NCBI RefSeq assembly: GCF_009914755.1
Contig: NC_060948.1
Length of the DNA stretch: 64,000 nt
Source: the human T2T-CHM13v2.0 reference genome, Homo sapiens
Direction: 5' to 3' (one strand)
Under the pieces are notes generated by a model, which saw nothing but the letters and a program-made list of their open reading frames with translations, had not been told where the DNA came from and searched no databases. The translations under genes were made by a program, and so were the position numbers. Shown piece after piece: positions 24,801-39,800 of the stretch (positions are counted from its first letter, which is position 1; every line of letters starts with the position of its first letter).

Positions 24801-27800
24801 TGCAAGCTTTAGCGTCTGCACTTGGCCTAGGTCTCATTGAGGACAGATAGAGAGCAGACTGTGCAAACTCTAGAGTCTGCATTGGGCCTAGGTCTCATTG
24901 AGGGCAGATAGAGACCAGACTATGCAACGTTTAGAGTCTGCATTGGGCCTAGGTCTCATTGAGGGCAGTTAGAGAGCAGACTGTGCAACCTTTAGAGTCT
25001 GCATTGGGCCTAGGTCTCATTGAGAGCAGATAGAGAGCACACTGTGCCAACTTTAGAGTCGGCATTGGGCCTAGGTCTCATTGAGGACAGATAGAGACCG
25101 GACTGTGCAACCTTTAGAGTCTGCATTGGGCCTACGTCTCATTGAGGACAGATAGAGAGCAGACTAGGCAACCATTAGAGTCGGCACTGGTCCTAGGTCT
25201 CATTGAGGACAGATATAGAGCAGACTGTGCAACCTTTAGAGTCTGCATTGGGCCTGGGTCTCATTGAGGACAGATAGCGACCAGACTGTGCAACCTTTAG
25301 AGTCTGCATTGGGCTTAGGTCTCATTGAGGGCAGTTAGAGAGCAGACTGTGCAACCTTTAGAGTCTGCATTGGGCCTAGGTCTCATTGAGAGCAGATAGA
25401 GAGCACACTGTGCAACCTCTAGAGTCGGCATTGGGCCTAGGTCTCATTGAGGACAGATAGAGACCAGACTGTTGAAACTTTAGAGTCTGCATTGGGCCTA
25501 GGTCTCATTGAGGACAGATAGAGGGCAGACTGTGCAACCTTTAGAGTCTACAATGGGCCTAGGTATCAGTGAGGACAAATAGAGAGGAGACTGTGCAACC
25601 TTTAGAGTCTGCACTGGCCCTAGGTCTCTTTGAGGACAGACAGAGAGCAGAATGTGCAAACTTTAGAGTCTGCACTGGGCCTAGGTCTCATTGAGGACAG
25701 ATAGAGACCAGACTGTGCAACCTTTAGAGTCTGCATTGGGCCTAGGTCTCCTTGAGGTCAGACAGACAGCAGACTCTGCAACCTTTAGAGTCTGCATTGG
25801 GCCTAGGTCTAATTGCGGACAGATAGACAGCAGACTGTGCAACGTTTAGAGTCTGCATTGGGCCTAGGTCTAATTGCGGACAGATAGAGAGCAGACTATG
25901 CAACGTTTAGAGTCTGCATTGGGCCTGGGTCTCATTGAGGACAGATAGAGAGCAGACTGTGCAACCTTTAGGGTCTCTATTGGGCCTAGGTCTCATTGAG
26001 GACAGATAGGGAGCGGACTGTGCAACCTTTAGAGTCTGCATTGGGCCTAGGTCTCATTGAGGGCAGATAGAGAGCAGGCTCGGCAACCCTTAGAGTCTGC
26101 ATTGGGCCTAGATATCATTGAGGACAGATAGAGAGCATGCTATGCAACCTTTAGAGTCTGCACTGGGCCTAGGTCTCATTGAGGACACATAGAGAGCAGA
26201 CTGTGCAACCTTTAGAGTCTGCATTGGGCCTATGTCTCATTGAGGACAGTTAGAGAGCAGACTGTGCAACCTTTAGAGTCTGCATTTGGCCTAGGTCTCA
26301 TTGAGGACAGAAAGAGACCAGAGTGTGCAAACTTTAGAGTCTGCATTGGGCCTAGGTCTCATTGAGGACAGATAGAGAGCAGACTGTAGAACCTTTATAG
26401 TCTGCATTGGGCCTAGGTCTCATTGAGGTCAGATAGAGAGCAGACTGTGCAAGCTTTAGAGTCTGCACTTGTCCTAGGTCTCATTGAGGACAGATAGAGA
26501 ACAGACTGTGCAACCTTTAGAGTCTGCATTGGGCCTAGGTCTCATTGAGGGCAGTTAGAGAGCAGACTGTGCAAACTTTAGAGTCTGCATTGGGCCTAGG
26601 TCTCATTGAGAGCAGATAGAGAGCACACTGTGCAAACTCTAGAGTCGGCATTGGGCCTAGGTCTCATTGAGGACAGATAGAGACCAGACTGTGCAAACTT
26701 TAGAGTCTGCATTGGGCCTAGGTCTCATTGAGGACAGATAGAGGGCAGACTGTGCAACCTTTAGAGTCTGCATTGGGCCTAGGTCTCATTGAGGACAGAT
26801 AGAGAGCAGACTTTGCAAACTTTAGAGTCTGCACTGGGCCTAGGTCTCATTGAGGGCATATAGAGACCATACTGTGCAAACTTTAGAGTCTGCATTGGGT
26901 CTAGGTCTCACTGAGGAGAGATAGAGAGCAGACTTTGCAAACTTCAGAGTCTGCATTAGGTCTAGGTCTCACTGAGGACTGATAGAGAGCAGACTATGCA
27001 ACTTTAGAGTCTGCCTGGCCCTAGGTCTCATTGAGGACAGATAGAGAGCAGACTGCGCAAACTTTAGAGTCTGCATTGGGCCTAGGTCTCACTGAGGACA
27101 GATAGAGAGCACACTGTGTAACCTTTAGAGTTTGCAAAGGGCCTCGGTCTCATTGAGGACCGATAGAGAGCAGACTGTGCAACCTTTAGAGTCTGCATTG
27201 GGCCTGGGTCTCATTGAGGAAAAACAGAGAGCAGACTGTGCAACCTTTAGAGTCTGCATTGGGCCTAGGTCTCATTGAGGGCAGATAGAGAGCAGACTGT
27301 GCAACCTTTAGAGTCTGCACTAGGGCTAGGTCTCATCGAGGACAGATAGAGAGCAGACTGTGCAACATTTAGAGTCTGCATTGGACCTAGGTCTCACTGA
27401 GGACAGATAGAGAGCAGACTATGCAAACTTTACAGTCTGCACTGGGCCTAGGTCTCATTGAGGACAGATAGAGAGCAGACTGTGCAACCTTTACAGTCTG
27501 CATTGGGCCTGGGTCTCATTCAGGAGAGATAGAGACCAGAATGTGCAACCTTTAGAGTTTGCATTGGGCCTAGGTCTCTTGAGAGCAGATAGAGAGCAGA
27601 CTGTGCAACCTTTACAGTCTGCATTGGGCCTAGGTCTCATTGAGGGCCGATAGAGAGCAGACTGTGGAAACTTTAGAGTCTGCACTGGGCCTAGGTCTGA
27701 TTGAGGACACATAGAGAGCAGACTGTGCAACCTTTAGAGTCTGCATTTGGCCTAGGTCTCATTGAGGACAGATGGAGAGCACACTGTGCAACCTTTAGAG

Positions 27801-30800
27801 TCCGCATTGGGCCTAGGTCTCATTGAGGACAGATAGAGACCAGACTGTGCAACCTTTAGAGTTTGCATTGGGCCTAGGTCTCATTGAGGGCAGATAGAGA
27901 GCAGACTGTGCAACCTTTAGAGTCTGCATTGGGCCTAGGTCTCATTGAGGACCGATAGAGAGCAGACTGTGCAACCTTTAGACTCTGCATTGGGCCTGGG
28001 TCTCATTGAGGACAAATAGAGAACAGACTGTGCAACCTTTAGAGTCTGCATTGGGCCTAGGTATCAGTGAGGACAGATAGAGAGGAGACTGTGCAACCTT
28101 TAGAGTCTGCACTGGGCCTAGGTCTCTTTGAGGACAGACAGAGAGCAGACTGTGCAAACTTTAGAGTCTGCACTGGGCCTAGGTGTCATTGAGGACAGAT
28201 AGAGACCAGACTGTGCAACCTTTAGAGTCTGCATTGGGCCTAGGTCTCCTTGAGGTCAGATAGACAGCAGAATCTGCAACCTTTAGAGTCTGCATTGGGC
28301 CTAGGTCTAATTGCGGACAGATAGACAGCAGACTGTGCAACGTTTAGAGTCTGCATTGGGCCTAGGTCTAATTGCGGACAGATAGAGAGCAGACTATGCA
28401 ACGTTTAGAGTCTGCATTGGGCCTGGGTCTCATTGAGGACAGATAGAGAGCAGACTGTGCAACCTTTAGAGTCTCTATTGGGCCTAGGTCTCATTGAGGA
28501 CAGATAGGGAGAGGACTGTGCAACCTTTAGAGTCTGCATTGGGCCTAGGTCTCATTGAGGGCAGATAGAGAGCAGGCTCGGGAACCCTTAGAGTCTGCAT
28601 TGGGCCTAGATCTCATTGAGGACAGATAGAGAGCATACTATGCAACCTTTAGAGTCTGCACTGGGCCTAGGTCTCATTGAGGACACATAGAGAGCAGACT
28701 GTGCAACCTTTAGAGTCTGCATTGGGCCTATGTCTCATTGAGGACAGTTAGAGAGCAGGCTGTGCAACCTTTACAGTCTGCATTTGGCCTAGGTCTCATT
28801 GAGGACAGAAAGAGACCAGAGTGCGCAAACTTTAGAGTCTGCATTGGGCCTAGGTCTCATTGAGGACAGATAGAGAGCAGACTGTAGAACCTTTATAGTC
28901 TGCATTGGGCCTAGGTCTCATTGAGGTCAGATAGAGAGCAGACTGTGCAAGCTTTAGAGTCTGCACTTGGCCTAGGTCTCATTGAGGACAGATAGAGAAC
29001 AGACTGTGCAACCTTTAGAGTCTGCATTGGGCCTAGGTCTCATTGAGGGCAGTTAGAGAGCAGACTGTGCAACCTTTAGAGTCTGCATTGGGCCTAGGTC
29101 TCATTGAGAGCAGATAGAGAGCACACTGTGCAACCTCTAGAGTCGGCATTGGGCCTAGGTCTCATTGAGGACAGATAGAGACTAGACTGTGCAAACTTTA
29201 GAGTCTGCATTGGGCCTAGGTCTCATTGAGGACAGATAGAGGGCAGACTGTGCAACCTTTAGAGTCTGCATTGAGCCTAGGTCTCATTGAGGACAGATAG
29301 AGAGCAGACTGTGCAACCTTTCGAGTCTGCACTGGGCCTAGGTCTCATTGAGGGCATATAGAGACCATACTGTGCAAACTTTAGAGTCTGCATTGGGTCT
29401 AGGTCTCACTGAGGAGAGATAGAGAGCAGACTTTGCAAACTTTAGAGTCTGCATTAGGTCTAGGTCTCACTGAGGACTGATAGAGAGCAGACTATGCAAC
29501 TTTAGAGTCTGCACTGGCCCTAGGTCTCATTGAGGACAGATAGAGAGCAGACTGCGCAAACTTTAGAGTCTGCATTGGGTCTAGGTCTCATTGAGGACAG
29601 ATAGAGAGCACACTGTGTAACCTTTAGAGTCTGCATAGAGCCTCGGTCTCATTGAGGACCGATAGAGAGCAGACTGAGCAACCTTTAGAATCTGCATTGG
29701 GCCTAGGTCTCATTGAGGGCAGGTAGAGAGCCGACTGTGCAACCTTTAGAGTCTGCATTGGGCCAAGGTCTCATTGAGGTCAGATAGAGAGCACACTGTG
29801 CAACCTTTAGAGACTGCATTGAGCCTGGGTCTCATTGAGGACAGATAGAGAGCAGACTGTGCAACCTTTAGAGTCTGCATTGGGCCTAGGTCTCATTGAG
29901 GGCACATAGAGAGCAGACTGCACAACCTTTAGAGTCTGCATTGGGCCTACGTCTCATTGAGGGCAGATAGAGAACAGACGGTGCAACCTTTACAGTCTGC
30001 ATTGGGCCTAGGTCTCAATGAGGGCAGGTAGAGAGCCGACTGTACAACCTTTAGAGTCTGCATTGGGCCTAGGTCTCATTGAGGGCAGATAGAGAGCAGA
30101 CGGTGCAACCTTTAGAGTCTGCATTGGGCCTAGGTCTCATTGAGGACAGATAGAGAGCAGACTGTGCAAACTTTAGAGACTGCATTGAGCCTGAGTCTCA
30201 TTGAGGACAGATAGAGAGCAGACTGTGCAACCATTAGAGTCTGCATTGGGCCTAGGTCTCATTGAGGGCACATAGAGAGCAGACTGTGCAACCTTTAGAG
30301 TCTGCATTGGGCCTAGGTCTCATTGAGGACAGATAGAGAGCAGACTGTGCAACCTTTAGAGTCTGCATTGGGTCTAGGGCTCATTGAGGGCAGACAGAGA
30401 GCAGACTGTGCAAACTTTAGAGTCTGCATTGGGCCTAGGTCTCATTGAAGACAGATAGAGAGCAGACTGTGCAACCTTTAGAGTCCGAATTGGGCCTCGG
30501 TCTCATTGAGGACCGATGGAGAGCAGACTGTGCAACCTTTAGAGTCTGCATTGGGCCTGGGTCTCACTGAGGACAAATAGAGAGCAGACTGTGCAACCTT
30601 TAGGGACTGCATTGGACCTAGGTCTCATTGAGGACAGATAGAGAGCAGACTAGGCAACCTTTAGAGTCGGCACTGGGCCTAGGTCTCATTGAGGACACAT
30701 ATAGAGCAGACTGTGCAACCTTTACAGTCTGCATTGGGCCTGGGTCTCATTGAGGACAGATAGAGACCAGACTGTGCAACCTTTAGAGTCTGCATTGGGC

Positions 30801-33800
30801 CTAGGTCTCATTGAGGGCAGATAGAGAGCAGACTGTGCAACCTTTAGAGTCTGCACTGGGCCTAGGTCTCATTGAGGACAGATAGAGAGCAGACTGTGCA
30901 ACCTTTAGAGTCTGCATTGGGCCTAGGTCTCATTGAGAGCAGATAGAGAGCATACTGTGCAACCTTTAGAGTCGGCATTGGGCCTAGGTCTCATTGAGGA
31001 CAGATAGAGACCAGACTGTGCAACCTTTAGAGTCTGCATTGGGCCTAGGTCTCATTGAGGACAGATAGAGAGCAGACTAGGCAACCATTAGAGTCGGCAC
31101 TGGTCCTAGGTCTCATTGAGGACAGATATAGAGCAGACTGTGCAACCTTTAGAGTCTGCATTGTGCCTGGGTCTCATTGAGGACAGATAGAGAGCAGACT
31201 GTGCAACCTTTAGAGTCTGCACTGGGCCTAGGTCTCATTGAGGACAGATAGAGAGCAGACTGTGCAACCTCTAGAGTCTGCATTGGGCCTAGGTCTCATT
31301 GAGGGCATTTAGAGAGCAGACTGCGCAACCTTTAGAGTCTGCATTGGGCCTAGGTCTCATTGAGAGCAGATAGAGAGCACACTGTGCAACCTCTAGAGTC
31401 GGCATTGGGCCTAGGTCTCATTGAGGACAGATAGAGACCAGACTGTGCAAACTTTAGAGTCTGCATTGGGCCTAGGTCTCATTGAGGACAGATAGAGGGC
31501 AGACTGTGCAACCTTTAGAGTCTGCATTGGGCCTAGGTCTCATTATGGACCGATACAGAGCAGACTGTGCAACCTTTAGAGTCTGCACTGGGCCTAGGTC
31601 TCATTGAGAGCAGATAGAGAGCACACTGTGCAAACTTTAGAGTCGGCATTGGGCCTAGGTCTCATTGAGGACAGATAGAGACCGGACTGTGCAACCTTTA
31701 GAGTCTGCATTGGGCCTACGTCTCATTGAGGACAGATAGAGAGCAGACTAGGCAACCATTAGAGTCGGCACTGGTCCTAGGTCTCATTGAGGACAGATAT
31801 AGAGCAGACTGTGCAACCTTTAGAGTCTGCATTGGGCCTGGGTCTCATTGAGGACAGATAGCGACCAGACTGTGCAACCTTTAGAGTCTGCATTGGGCTT
31901 AGGTCTCATTGAGGGCAGTTAGAGAGCAGACTGTGCAACCTTTAGAGTCTGCATTGGGCCTAGGTCTCATTGAGAGCAGATAGAGAGCACACTGTGCAAC
32001 CTCTAGAGTCGGCATTGGGCCTAGGTCTCATTGAGGACAGATAGAGACCAGACTGTTGAAACTTTAGAGTCTGCATTGGGCCTAGGTCTCATTGAGGACA
32101 GATAGAGGGCAGACTGTGCAACCTTTAGAGTCTACAATGGGCCTAGGTATCAGTGAGGACAAATAGAGAGGAGACTGTGCAACCTTTAGAGTCTGCACTG
32201 GCCCTAGGTCTCTTTGAGGACAGACAGAGAGCAGAATGTGCAAACTTTAGAGTCTGCACTGGGCCTAGGTGTCATTGAGGACAGATAGAGACCAGACTGT
32301 GCAACCTTTAGAGTCTGCATTGGGCCTAGGTCTCCTTGAGGTCAGACAGACAGCAGACTCTGCAACCTTTAGAGTCTGCATTGGGCCTAGGTCTAATTGC
32401 GGACAGATAGACAGCAGACTGTGCAACGTTTAGAGTCTGCATTGGGCCTAGGTCTAATTGCGGACAGATAGAGAGCAGACTATGCAACGTTTAGAGTCTG
32501 CATTGGGCCTGGGTCTCATTGAGGACAGATAGAGAGCAGACTGTGCAACCTTTAGGGTCTCTATTGGGCCTAGGTCTCATTGAGGACAGATAGGGAGCGG
32601 ACTGTGCAACCTTTAGAGTCTGCATTGGGCCTAGGTCTCATTGAGGGCAGATAGAGAGCAGGCTCGGCAACCCTTAGAGTCTGCATTGGGCCTAGATATC
32701 ATTGAGGACAGATAGAGAGCATGCTATGCAACCTTTAGAGTCTGCACTGGGCCTAGGTCTCATTGAGGACACATAGAGAGCAGACTGTGCAACCTTTAGA
32801 GTCTGCATTGGGCCTATGTCTCATTGAGGACAGTTAGAGAGCAGACTGTGCAACCTTTAGAGTCTGCATTTGGCCTAGGTCTCATTGAGGACAGAAAGAG
32901 ACCAGAGTGTGCAAACTTTAGAGTCTGCATTGGGCCTAGGTCTCATTGAGGACAGATAGAGAGCAGACTGTAGAACCTTTATAGTCTGCATTGGGCCTAG
33001 GTCTCATTGAGGTCAGATAGAGAGCAGACTGTGCAAGCTTTAGAGTCTGCACTTGTCCTAGGTCTCATTGAGGACAGATAGAGAACAGACTGTGCAACCT
33101 TTAGAGTCTGCATTGGGCCTAGGTCTCATTGAGGGCAGTTAGAGAGCAGACTGTGCAAACTTTAGAGTCTGCATTGGGCCTAGGTCTCATTGAGAGCAGA
33201 TAGAGAGCACACTGTGCAAACTCTAGAGTCGGCATTGGGCCTAGGTCTCATTGAGGACAGATAGAGACCAGACTGTGCAAACTTTAGAGTCTGCATTGGG
33301 CCTAGGTCTCATTGAGGACAGATAGAGGGCAGACTGTGCAACCTTTAGAGTCTGCATTGGGCCTAGGTCTCATTGAGGACAGATAGAGAGCAGACTTTGC
33401 AAACTTTAGAGTCTGCACTGGGCCTAGGTCTCATTGAGGGCATATAGAGACCATACTGTGCAAACTTTAGAGTCTGCATTGGGTCTAGGTCTCACTGAGG
33501 AGAGATAGAGAGCAGACTTTGCAAACTTCAGAGTCTGCATTAGGTCTAGGTCTCACTGAGGACTGATAGAGAGCAGACTATGCAACTTTAGAGTCTGCCT
33601 GGCCCTAGGTCTCATTGAGGACAGATAGAGAGCAGACTGCGCAAACTTTAGAGTCTGCATTGGGCCTAGGTCTCACTGAGGACAGATAGAGAGCACACTG
33701 TGTAACCTTTAGAGTTTGCATAGGGCCTCGGTCTCATTGAGGACCGATAGAGAGCAGACTGTGCAACCTTTAGAGTCTGCATTGGGCCTGGGTCTCATTG

Positions 33801-36800
33801 AGGAAAAATGGAGAGCCGACTGTGCAACCTTTAGAGTCTGCATTGGGCCTAGGTCTCATTGAGGGCAGATAGAGAGCAGACTGTGCAACCTTTAGAGTCT
33901 GCACTAGGGCTAGGTCTCATCGAGGACAGATAGAGAGCAGACTGTGCAACATTTAGAGTCTGCATTGGACCTAGGTCTCACTGAGGACAGATAGAGAGCA
34001 GACTATGCAAACTTTACAGTCTGCACTGGGCCTAGGTCTCATTGAGGACAGATAGAGAGCAGACTGTGCAACCTTTACAGTCTGCATTGGGCCTGGGTCT
34101 CATTCAGGAGAGATAGAGACCAGAATGTGCAACCTTTAGAGTTTGCATTGGGCCTAGGTCTCTTGAGAGCAGATAGAGAGCAGACTGTGCAACCTTTACA
34201 GTCTGCATTGGGCCTAGGTCTCATTGAGGGCCGATAGAGAGCAGACTGTGCAAACTTTAGAGTCTGCACTGGGCCTAGGTCTGATTGAGGACACATAGAG
34301 AGCAGACTGTGCAACCTTTAGAGTCTGCATTTGGCCTAGGTCTCATTGAGGACAGATGGAGAGCACACTGTGCAACCTTTAGAGTCCGCATTGGGCCTAG
34401 GTCTCATTGAGGACAGATAGAGACCAGACTGTGCAACCTTTAGAGTTTGCATTGGGCCTAGGTCTCATTGAGGGCAGATAGAGAGCAGACTGTGCAACCT
34501 TTAGAGTCTGCATTGGGCCTAGGTCTCATTGAGGACCGATAGAGAGCAGACTGTGCAACCTTTAGACTCTGCATTGGGCCTGGGTCTCATTGAGGACAAA
34601 TAGAGAACAGACTGTGCAACCTTTAGAGTCTGCATTGGGCCTAGGTATCAGTGAGGACAGATAGAGAGGAGACTGTGCAACCTTTAGAGTCTGCACTGGG
34701 CCTAGGTCTCTTTGAGGACAGACAGAGAGCAGACTGTGCAAACTTTAGAGTCTGCACTGGGCCTAGGTGTCATTGAGGACAGATAGAGACCAGACTGTGC
34801 AACCTTTAGAGTCTGCATTGGGCCTAGGTCTCCTTGAGGTCAGATAGACAGCAGAATCTGCAACCTTTAGAGTCTGCATTGGGCCTAGGTCTAATTGCGG
34901 ACAGATAGACAGCAGACTGTGCAACGTTTAGAGTCTGCATTGGGCCTAGGTCTAATTGCGGACAGATAGAGAGCAGACTATGCAACGTTTAGAGTCTGCA
35001 TTGGGCCTGGGTCTCATTGAGGACAGATAGAGAGCAGACTGTGCAACCTTTAGAGTCTCTATTGGGCCTAGGTCTCATTGAGGACAGATAGGGAGAGGAC
35101 TGTGCAACCTTTAGAGTCTGCATTGGGCCTAGGTCTCATTGAGGGCAGATAGAGAGCAGGCTCGGGAACCCTTAGAGTCTGCATTGGGCCTAGATCTCAT
35201 TGAGGACAGATAGAGAGCATACTATGCAACCTTTAGAGTCTGCACTGGGCCTAGGTCTCATTGAGGACACATAGAGAGCAGACTGTGCAACCTTTAGAGT
35301 CTGCATTGGGCCTATGTCTCATTGAGGACAGTTAGAGAGCAGGCTGTGCAACCTTTACAGTCTGCATTTGGCCTAGGTCTCATTGAGGACAGAAAGAGAC
35401 CAGAGTGCGCAAACTTTAGAGTCTGCATTGGGCCTAGGTCTCATTGAGGACAGATAGAGAGCAGACTGTAGAACCTTTATAGTCTGCATTGGGCCTAGGT
35501 CTCTTTGAGGTCAGATAGAGAGCAGACTGTGCAAGCTTTAGAGTCTGCACTTTGCCTAGGTCTCATTGAGGACAGATAGAGAACAGACTGTGCAACCTTT
35601 AGAGTCTGCATTGGGCCTAGGTCTCATTGAGGGCAGTTAGAGAGCAGACTGTGCAACCTTTAGAGTCTGCATTGGGCCTAGGTCTCATTGAGAGCAGATA
35701 GAGAGCACACTGTGCAACCTCTAGAGTCGGCATTGGGCCTAGGTCTCATTGAGGACAGATAGAGACCAGACTGTGCAAACTTTAGAGTCTGCATTGGGCC
35801 TAGGTCTCATTGAGGACAGATAGAGGGCAGACTGTGCAACCTTTAGAGTCTGCATTGAGCCTAGGTCTCATTGAGGACAGATAGAGAGCAGACTGTGCAA
35901 CCTTTCGAGTCTGCACTGGGCCTAGGTCTCATTGAGGGCATATAGAGACCATACTGTGCAAACTTTAGAGTCTGCATTGGGTCTAGGTCTCACTGAGGAG
36001 AGATAGAGAGCAGACTTTGCAAACTTTAGAGTCTGCATTAGGTCTAGGTCTCACTGAGGACTGATAGAGAGCAGACTATGCAACTTTAGAGTCTGCACTG
36101 GCCCTAGGTCTCATTGAGGACAGATAGAGAGCAGACTGCGCAAACTTTAGAGTCTGCATTGGGTCTAGGTCTCATTGAGGACAGATAGAGAGCACACTGT
36201 GTAACCTTTAGAGTCTGCATAGAGCCTCGGTCTCATTGAGGACCGATAGAGAGCAGACTGTGCAACCTTTAGAATCTGCATTGGGCCTAGGTCTCATTGA
36301 GGGCAGGTAGAGAGCCGACTGTGCAACCTTTAGAGTCTGCATTGGGCCAAGGTCTCATTGAGGTCAGATAGAGAGCACACTGTGCAACCTTTAGAGACTG
36401 CATTGAGCCTGGGTCTCATTGAGGACAGATAGAGAGCAGACTGTGCAACCTTTAGAGTCTGCATTGGGCCTAGGTCTCATTGAGGGCACATAGAGAGCAG
36501 ACTGCACAACCTTTAGAGTCTGCATTGGGCCTACGTCTCATTGAGGGCAGATAGAGAACAGACGGTGCAACCTTTACAGTCTGCATTGGGCCTAGGTCTC
36601 AATGAGGGCAGGTAGAGAGCCGACTGTACAACCTTTAGAGTCTGCATTGGGCCTAGGTCTCATTGAGGGCAGATAGAGAGCAGACGGTGCAACCTTTAGA
36701 GTCTGCATTGGGCCTAGGTCTCATTGAGGACAGATAGAGAGCAGACTGTGCAACCTTTAGAGACTGCATTGAGCCTGAGTCTCATTGAGGACAGATAGAG

Positions 36801-39800
36801 AGCAGACTGTGCAACCATTAGAGTCTGCATTGGGCCTAGGTCTCATTGAGGGCACATAGAGAGCAGACTGTGCAACCTTTAGAGTCTGCATTGGGCCTAG
36901 GTCTCATTGAGGACAGATAGAGAGCAGACTGTGCAACCTTTAGAGTCTGCATTGGGTCTAGGGCTCATTGAGGGCAGACAGAGAGCAGACTGTGCAAACT
37001 TTAGAGTCTGCATTGGGCCTAGGTCTCATTGAAGACAGATAGAGAGCAGACTGTGCAACCTTTAGAGTCCGAATTGGGCCTCGGTCTCATTGAGGACCGA
37101 TGGAGAGCAGACTGTGCAACCTTTAGAGTCTGCATTGGGCCTGGGTCTCACTGAGGACAAATAGAGAGCAGACTGTGCAACCTTTAGGGACTGCATTGGA
37201 CCTAGGTCTCATTGAGGACAGATAGAGAGCAGACTAGGCAACCTTTAGAGTCGGCACTGGGCCTAGGTCTCATTGAGGACACATATAGAGCAGACTGTGC
37301 AACCTTTACAGTCTGCATTGGGCCTGGGTCTCATTGAGGACAGATAGAGACCAGACTGTGCAAACTTTAGAGTCTGCATTGGGCCTAGGTCTCATTGAGG
37401 GCAGATAGAGAGCAGACTGTGCAACCTTTAGAGTCTGCACTGGGCCTAGGTCTCATTGAGGACAGATAGAGAGCAGACTGTGCAACCTTTAGAGTCTGCA
37501 TTGGGCCTAGGTCTCATTGAGAGCAGATAGAGAGCATACTGTGCAACCTTTAGAGTCGGCATTGGGCCTAGGTCTCATTCAGGACAGATAGAGAGCAGAC
37601 TAGGCAACCATTAGAGTCGGCACTGGTCCTAGGTCTCATTGAGGACAGATATAGAGCAGACTGTGCAACCTTTAGAGTCTGCATTGTGCCTGGGTCTCAT
37701 TGAGGACAGATAGAGAGCAGAGTGAGCAACCTTTAGAGTCTGCACTGGGCCTAGGTCTCATTGAGGACAGATAGAGAGCAGACTGTGCAACCTCTAGAGT
37801 CTGCATTGGGCCTAGGTCTCATTGAGGGCATTTAGAGAGCAGACTGCGCAACCTTTAGAGTCTGCATTGGGCCTAGGTCTCATTGAGAGCAGATAGAGAG
37901 CACACTGTGCAACCTCTAGAGTCGGCATTGGGCCTAGGTCTCATTGAGGACAGATAGAGACCAGACTGTGCAAACTTTAGAGTTTGCATTGGACCTAGGT
38001 CTCATTGAGGGCAGATAGAGAGCAAACTGTGCAACCTTTAGAGTCTGCATTGGGCCTAGGTCTCATTGAGGACAGATAGAGAGCAGACTGTGCAACCTTT
38101 AGAGTCTGCACTGGGCCTAGGTCTCTTTGAGGACAGACAGAGAGCAGACTGTGCAAACTTTAGAGTCTGCACTGGGCCTAGGTGTCATTGAGGACAGAAA
38201 GAGACCAGACTGTGCAACCTTTAGAGTCTGCATTGGGCCTAGGTCTCCTTGAGGTCAGATAGACAGCAGACTGTGCAACCTTTAGAGTCTGCATTGGGCC
38301 TAGGTCTAATTGCGGACAGATAGAGAGCAGACTATGCAACGTTTAGAGTCTGCATTGGGCCTGGGTCTCATTCAGGACAGATAGAGAGCAGACTGTGCAA
38401 CCTTTAGAGTCTCTATTGGGCCTAGGTCTCATTGAGGACAGATAGAGAGCGGACTGTGCAACCTTTAGAGTCTGCATTGGGCCTAGGTCTCATTGAGGGC
38501 AGATAGAGAGCAGGCTCGGCAACCCTTAGAGTCTGCATTGGGCCTAGATCTTATTGAGGACAGATAGAGAGCATACTATGCAACCTTTAGAGTCTGCATT
38601 GGGCCTAGGTCTCATTGAGGACACATAGAGAGCAGACTGTGCAACCTTTAGAGTCTGCATTGGGCCTATGTCTCATTGAGGACAGTTAGAGAGCAGACTG
38701 TGCAACCTTTAGAGTCTGCATTTGGCCTAGGTCTCATTGAGGACAGAAACAGACCAGAGTGTGCAACCTTTAGAGTCAGCATTGGGCCTAGGTCTCATTG
38801 AGGACAGATAGAGAGCAGACTGTAGAAACTTTATAGTCTGCATTGGGCCTAGGTCTCATTGAGGTCAGATAGAGAGCAGACGGTGCAAGCTTTAGAGTCT
38901 GCACTTGGCCTAGGTCTCATTGAGGACAGATAGAGAGCAGACTGTGCAAACTCTAGAGTCTGCATTGGGCCTAGGTCTCATTGAGGGCAGATAGAGACCA
39001 GACTATGCAACGTTTAGAGTCTGCATTGGGCCTAGGTCTCATTGAGGGCAGTTAGAGAGCAGACTGTGCAACCTTTAGAGTCTGCATTGGGCCTAGGTCT
39101 CATTGAGAGCAGATAGAGAGCACACTGTGCAAACTTTAGAGTCGGCATTGGGCCTAGGTCTCATTGAGGACAGATAGAGACCGGACTGTGCAACCTTTAG
39201 AGTCTGCATTGGGCCTACGTGTCATTGAGGACAGATAGAGAGCAGACTAGGCAACCATTAGAGTCGGCACTGGTCCTAGGTCTCATTGAGGACAGATATA
39301 GAGCAGACTGTGCAACCTTTAGAGTCTGCATTGGGCCTGGGTCTCATTGAGGACAGATAGCGACCAGACTGTGCAACCTTTAGAGTCTGCATTGGGCTTA
39401 GGTCTCATTGAGGGCAGTTAGAGAGCAGACTGTGCAACCTTTAGAGTCTGCATTGGGCCTAGGTCTCATTGAGAGCAGATAGAGAGCACACTGTGCAACC
39501 TCTAGAGTCGGCATTGGGCCTAGGTCTCATTGAGGACAGATAGAGACCAGACTGTTGAAACTTTAGAGTCTGCATTGGGCCTAGGTCTCATTGAGGACAG
39601 ATAGAGGGCAGACTGTGCAACCTTTAGAGTCTACAATGGGCCTAGGTATCAGTGAGGACAAATAGAGAGGAGACTGTGCAACCTTTAGAGTCTGCACTGG
39701 CCCTAGGTCTCTTTGAGGACAGACAGAGAGCAGAATGTGCAAACTTTAGAGTCTGCACTGGGCCTAGGTGTCATTGAGGACAGATAGAGACCAGACTGTG